A stretch of 37,698 nucleotides of DNA. It comes from a virus (lineage: Duplodnaviria > Heunggongvirae > Uroviricota > Caudoviricetes). Positions 34,621 to 37,698 of this stretch are shown piece by piece; the stretch's first letter is position 1; each line of letters starts with the position of its first letter. Location of the stretch: the IMG/VR virus record IMGVR_UViG_3300029982_000015. The stretch is one strand, 5' to 3'. A model generated the notes under the pieces. That model searched no databases, was not told the DNA's origin, and was given only the letters and a program-made list of their open reading frames with translations. A program made the position numbers and the translations under genes.

Positions 34621-37600
34621 ATGGAAGACCGCATTCCAACCGGGTTGGACGTAAACGAAATCCCATTTAATAAGAGACACCGCAGAAATAGCGGTTACAA
34701 TGAACTCGTCTTAATTGACGCCGGGAAGTTCAAAGCCCTGTGGGAGTCTCAACACCCCGGAGAGAAGTTTGACTGGAATCCCAGCCGGTTGAAGCGTCTG
34801 GAACTGCTGGAATCAGTTGACGATTATCCAAAAATCTATGCTTACGACACCGACCGGATAGATGTGCTCGACGGGCGGCACCGCATCACTACCGCTGCAA
34901 ATCGTGGTGTTCCCATCTGGTGTGCAACTAAGCCGGGAACCCAATGGCCTGAGGGTCTTTGCCTTCAAACCAAAAAAGGGGCTGGGCTTACCCAAGACCA
35001 AGACTGGATGGGTCAGCCGGGGGATGTTACCAAGAACCCTGCGTTTCAAGCATGGTTCAATGGGAGCAAGGTGGTTGATGACCATGGTCGGCCACTGCGT
35101 GTATATCACGGCACAAATCAAAGCTTCGATACTTTTAACACTGAGAGAGGAGGGGGTTCTACTCAAAACAACGCGGCACGTATGGGCTTTTGGTTCGCCG
35201 CCCACCCTACAGTCGCCTCAGAGTATGCTGATCTTGCAAGTAAGCAAGTCGTTCATAACGTTGAAGAGCATGAAAAAAAGTACAATCAACTATCCAAAGA
35301 AATTGAAAAAGCTGAGAGAAGGAGAGATTGGGAAACCCTAGAGCGACTCACCCTTGAATTAGAGAACCATGAATTCTCAGCTTTGCGAGAAGAACCAAAA
35401 GGCATGAATGTAATGCCCGTATTCCTACGTATCACGAACCCCAAGGTAATTGAAGCAAACGGCTCCTTCCTCAACATAAAAGATGCCGAAGGTAACTGGA
35501 TTCCGGTGGGTGACCTTATTAAAAGTGCGCGAGATAAGGGGCATGATGGGGTGGTTTTTAAGGACGTTGAGGACACTCCGGGAGATTCACACACCATTTG
35601 TGACCACTTTGTTGTATTCTCCCCTAGTCAAATCAAGAGTGCGATTGGGAACGCTGGCACGTTCAACCCTAAGGACAACCGGGTCACGGCATCATCCCCG
35701 CGTGCGGACGAGTACAAATGGACACGTATGGGCGACGAATACCTTGTCAACCTGAACCATGACAATTATAGTCCTTCCCTCATAAAACCACTTGACCAAA
35801 AAACCGCCGCAAAAGCCATATCTGCTGATTGGTATCATGGTAGCCCCCATAAGTTTGACCAATTTAAAACTGTGAGCAAAGCGGGAGTGACTAAAGAAGT
35901 TGTCGAGCAGCCTATTTTTCTCACCCCGGATTTGGGATTTGCTAAGTTACATGCCGGAGCCCACGGGTGGGTTTATAAAGTCCGTGCTAATGTTGAGAGC
36001 ACTTTTGATGGTGTGGACTTGCTTAACTATAGCGAGAGGTATTACCTTGACCCCAAAACCTTCACCCCCTTGGGTAAGAAAGTTTATGAGGATATTGCGA
36101 ACAACAAAATTTGGTTGGATGGTGATGACGACCCAGTGGGGTACATTAAGGCGCTTGCCCGTAGGAACTGGGATGCAACCCAATGCCCTGAATTTGTTCG
36201 TTGGATGAAAGCGAACGGTTACGACTCATTCCTTGAAGAGGGAGAAGGTCACACAAATTTAGGGGTGTTTGATTCAGGGAGGTTGGAAATTATCTCATCC
36301 ACCCCTGTAGACAAGGCTACTACCGCTTCGAAGACCGCAGCTTACACCGCCATCATGGATAAGACCGCCAGTGTGCAGTCTAAGCGGTTGGCTGTGCGTC
36401 GTCGCATGGATGTTCGTCATAGGGCTGGAATAAAGAAACAGGCTCTGACCATTGGACCCGTTTACCACGGTACAACGTATGACTTTGATGACTTCAAGCG
36501 AAACAAGGGTTTGCGTTCGGGTTTTCTCGGCATGACGCTTGAGGTTGACGTGTTTGCCTTCTTCTTTACCAAGAGTAAGCAACAAGCCATTGCGTACGCA
36601 AAGAATCGACAGCAACACACCAAGCAGCCCTGTCGCCTTATCACGGCGAATTTGACCATCAACAACTTACTCGACCTAACCAACCCTAACTGGGTAAATA
36701 CATCCATCACGACGCCTCCGATTCCTCTGCACAAGATTCAGAAGACAGACACTGCTGAAGATTCGCCGGGGATTTACGAAGAGCACGCCGAAGAACTGAA
36801 CAAGTCCACAGGATTGTTGGATTACCTTGTCAATTACCTGTTGGCCGACGAGATGACTAGCACCGAGTGGGGTGAACTCGCGATTGATGATGGTCGTGAC
36901 AACTATGACCGAAAAATTCGTGAGCCGCAGCTTGAGGAAGGGTTCCGGGCTTACGACCTATTTGACAACAAAAAGGTAACCGACGCTCTACACTATCTAG
37001 GCTTTGATGGAGCCAAGGTTCCTGAGGGCGATGACCAAGAGTTCGGGGGTGAGTCCTACTGTGTTCTATCGTCCAACCAAGTAAAGATTATCTCCAATGT
37101 GGATATTGACCGTAAGAAGGCAGCATCCACCAAGACTGTGCGTGCGTATCACGGAACCACGAAGCAGTTCGACACGTTTGAAGTTCCAGCCATGTTCCAT
37201 GTCCGCCGCAAGTATTGTGAAGACCTCATCGCGGGTCAACCAGACGGTCACATCATTGAGGCTATTCTGACTATCAACAATCCGGCTAACCTCGATACGC
37301 TGCACGTATCACCGAGTGACCCCAAATTCAAGGAGTTGGCGAAGAGCCTCGAAGAGCAGGGCTACGACGGAGCACAGTATAAGAACGAAGCGTGGATTGC
37401 TTTCTACCCTGACCAGATTCGGGTAGTCAATGGCAAACTGCCCACGTTCACCGTTCGTCTGCGGAGCACGATGGACAAGGACTCCCCCCAGTATTCATGG
37501 GAGGGAGAAGCCAAGAACGAAGCTGCGGCCCGTCGTGAGGCGAAGAAATACTACGAGGGTATCTACGCTGGCGACAAGGAAGTTAACGACGATGCTGTTT

Positions 37601-37698
37601 TAAACCAAGCTGTTAAAGCTGGGAAGTACCCTGAATTGGCTGGTGAGGGTTGGCCGCAAGACATCCCAAGCACCGAAGCCTTGAAGCGTCTTGGGTAT
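34621..37698 (+). CDS. 3'-truncated polyvalent protein: ParB-like domain plus four tandem ART-PolyVal-like domains
   Basis: Manual translation shows no stop from ATG 34621 to the window end (1026 codons). DGRHR motif; YHG(T/S) at about 35104, 35833, 36463 and 37147, each closed by G(Y/H/F)D(G/S)...(V/F)F..xQ-type motifs. Confidence 0.88.
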   Translation, partial: MEDRIPTGLDVNEIPFNKRHRRNSGYNELVLIDAGKFKALWESQHPGEKFDWNPSRLKRLELLESVDDYPKIYAYDTDRIDVLDGRHRITTAANRGVPIWCATKPGTQWPEGLCLQTKKGAGLTQDQDWMGQPGDVTKNPAFQAWFNGSKVVDDHGRPLRVYHGTNQSFDTFNTERGGGSTQNNAARMGFWFAAHPTVASEYADLASKQVVHNVEEHEKKYNQLSKEIEKAERRRDWETLERLTLELENHEFSALREEPKGMNVMPVFLRITNPKVIEANGSFLNIKDAEGNWIPVGDLIKSARDKGHDGVVFKDVEDTPGDSHTICDHFVVFSPSQIKSAIGNAGTFNPKDNRVTASSPRADEYKWTRMGDEYLVNLNHDNYSPSLIKPLDQKTAAKAISADWYHGSPHKFDQFKTVSKAGVTKEVVEQPIFLTPDLGFAKLHAGAHGWVYKVRANVESTFDGVDLLNYSERYYLDPKTFTPLGKKVYEDIANNKIWLDGDDDPVGYIKALARRNWDATQCPEFVRWMKANGYDSFLEEGEGHTNLGVFDSGRLEIISSTPVDKATTASKTAAYTAIMDKTASVQSKRLAVRRRMDVRHRAGIKKQALTIGPVYHGTTYDFDDFKRNKGLRSGFLGMTLEVDVFAFFFTKSKQQAIAYAKNRQQHTKQPCRLITANLTINNLLDLTNPNWVNTSITTPPIPLHKIQKTDTAEDSPGIYEEHAEELNKSTGLLDYLVNYLLADEMTSTEWGELAIDDGRDNYDRKIREPQLEEGFRAYDLFDNKKVTDALHYLGFDGAKVPEGDDQEFGGESYCVLSSNQVKIISNVDIDRKKAASTKTVRAYHGTTKQFDTFEVPAMFHVRRKYCEDLIAGQPDGHIIEAILTINNPANLDTLHVSPSDPKFKELAKSLEEQGYDGAQYKNEAWIAFYPDQIRVVNGKLPTFTVRLRSTMDKDSPQYSWEGEAKNEAAARREAKKYYEGIYAGDKEVNDDAVLNQAVKAGKYPELAGEGWPQDIPSTEALKRLGY

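Noticed and set aside
133-37305. Numerous minus-strand and alternate-frame ORFs in the track (for example 14379-14930, 16640-17149, 21771-22271, 27496-28044, 34862-35341)
   Set aside because: They are shadows of well-supported genes, with no recognisable motifs or RBS.

Overview
This window is a gene-dense, almost entirely plus-strand segment of a large tailed dsDNA phage genome (jumbo-phage-like), readable in the standard bacterial code. The left part holds a 5'-truncated modular protein, a terminase large subunit whose Walker A motif is split by a class 3 (WCT-type) LAGLIDADG intein, a sigma-70-like protein with NUMOD3-like repeats, and a helical-repeat protein. The middle part (10.9-22.7 kb) is a run of small accessory genes: metallophosphoesterase, PD-(D/E)xK nuclease, DUF4326, NADAR, a SNF2 helicase flanked by two endonuclease VII genes, a protein with a histone-H1-like tail, and a glycosyltransferase. 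A two-gene minus-strand unit (metallophosphoesterase plus RimI-like GNAT) follows. The right part (25-37.7 kb) is a block of polyvalent effector proteins carrying InPase, SprT/zincin, three GNAT, two ParB-like, a papain/transglutaminase-like and about nine ADP-ribosyltransferase-fold domains. It includes a 1026-codon ORF (34621 to the window end) that is absent from the supplied track. The most striking signal is a short K-T-A-(A/S/x) motif and close variants at almost every domain boundary of these polyproteins, suggesting a protease-processed or motif-targeted virion effector cassette system. All family assignments come from recognising motifs by eye; no database searches were run.
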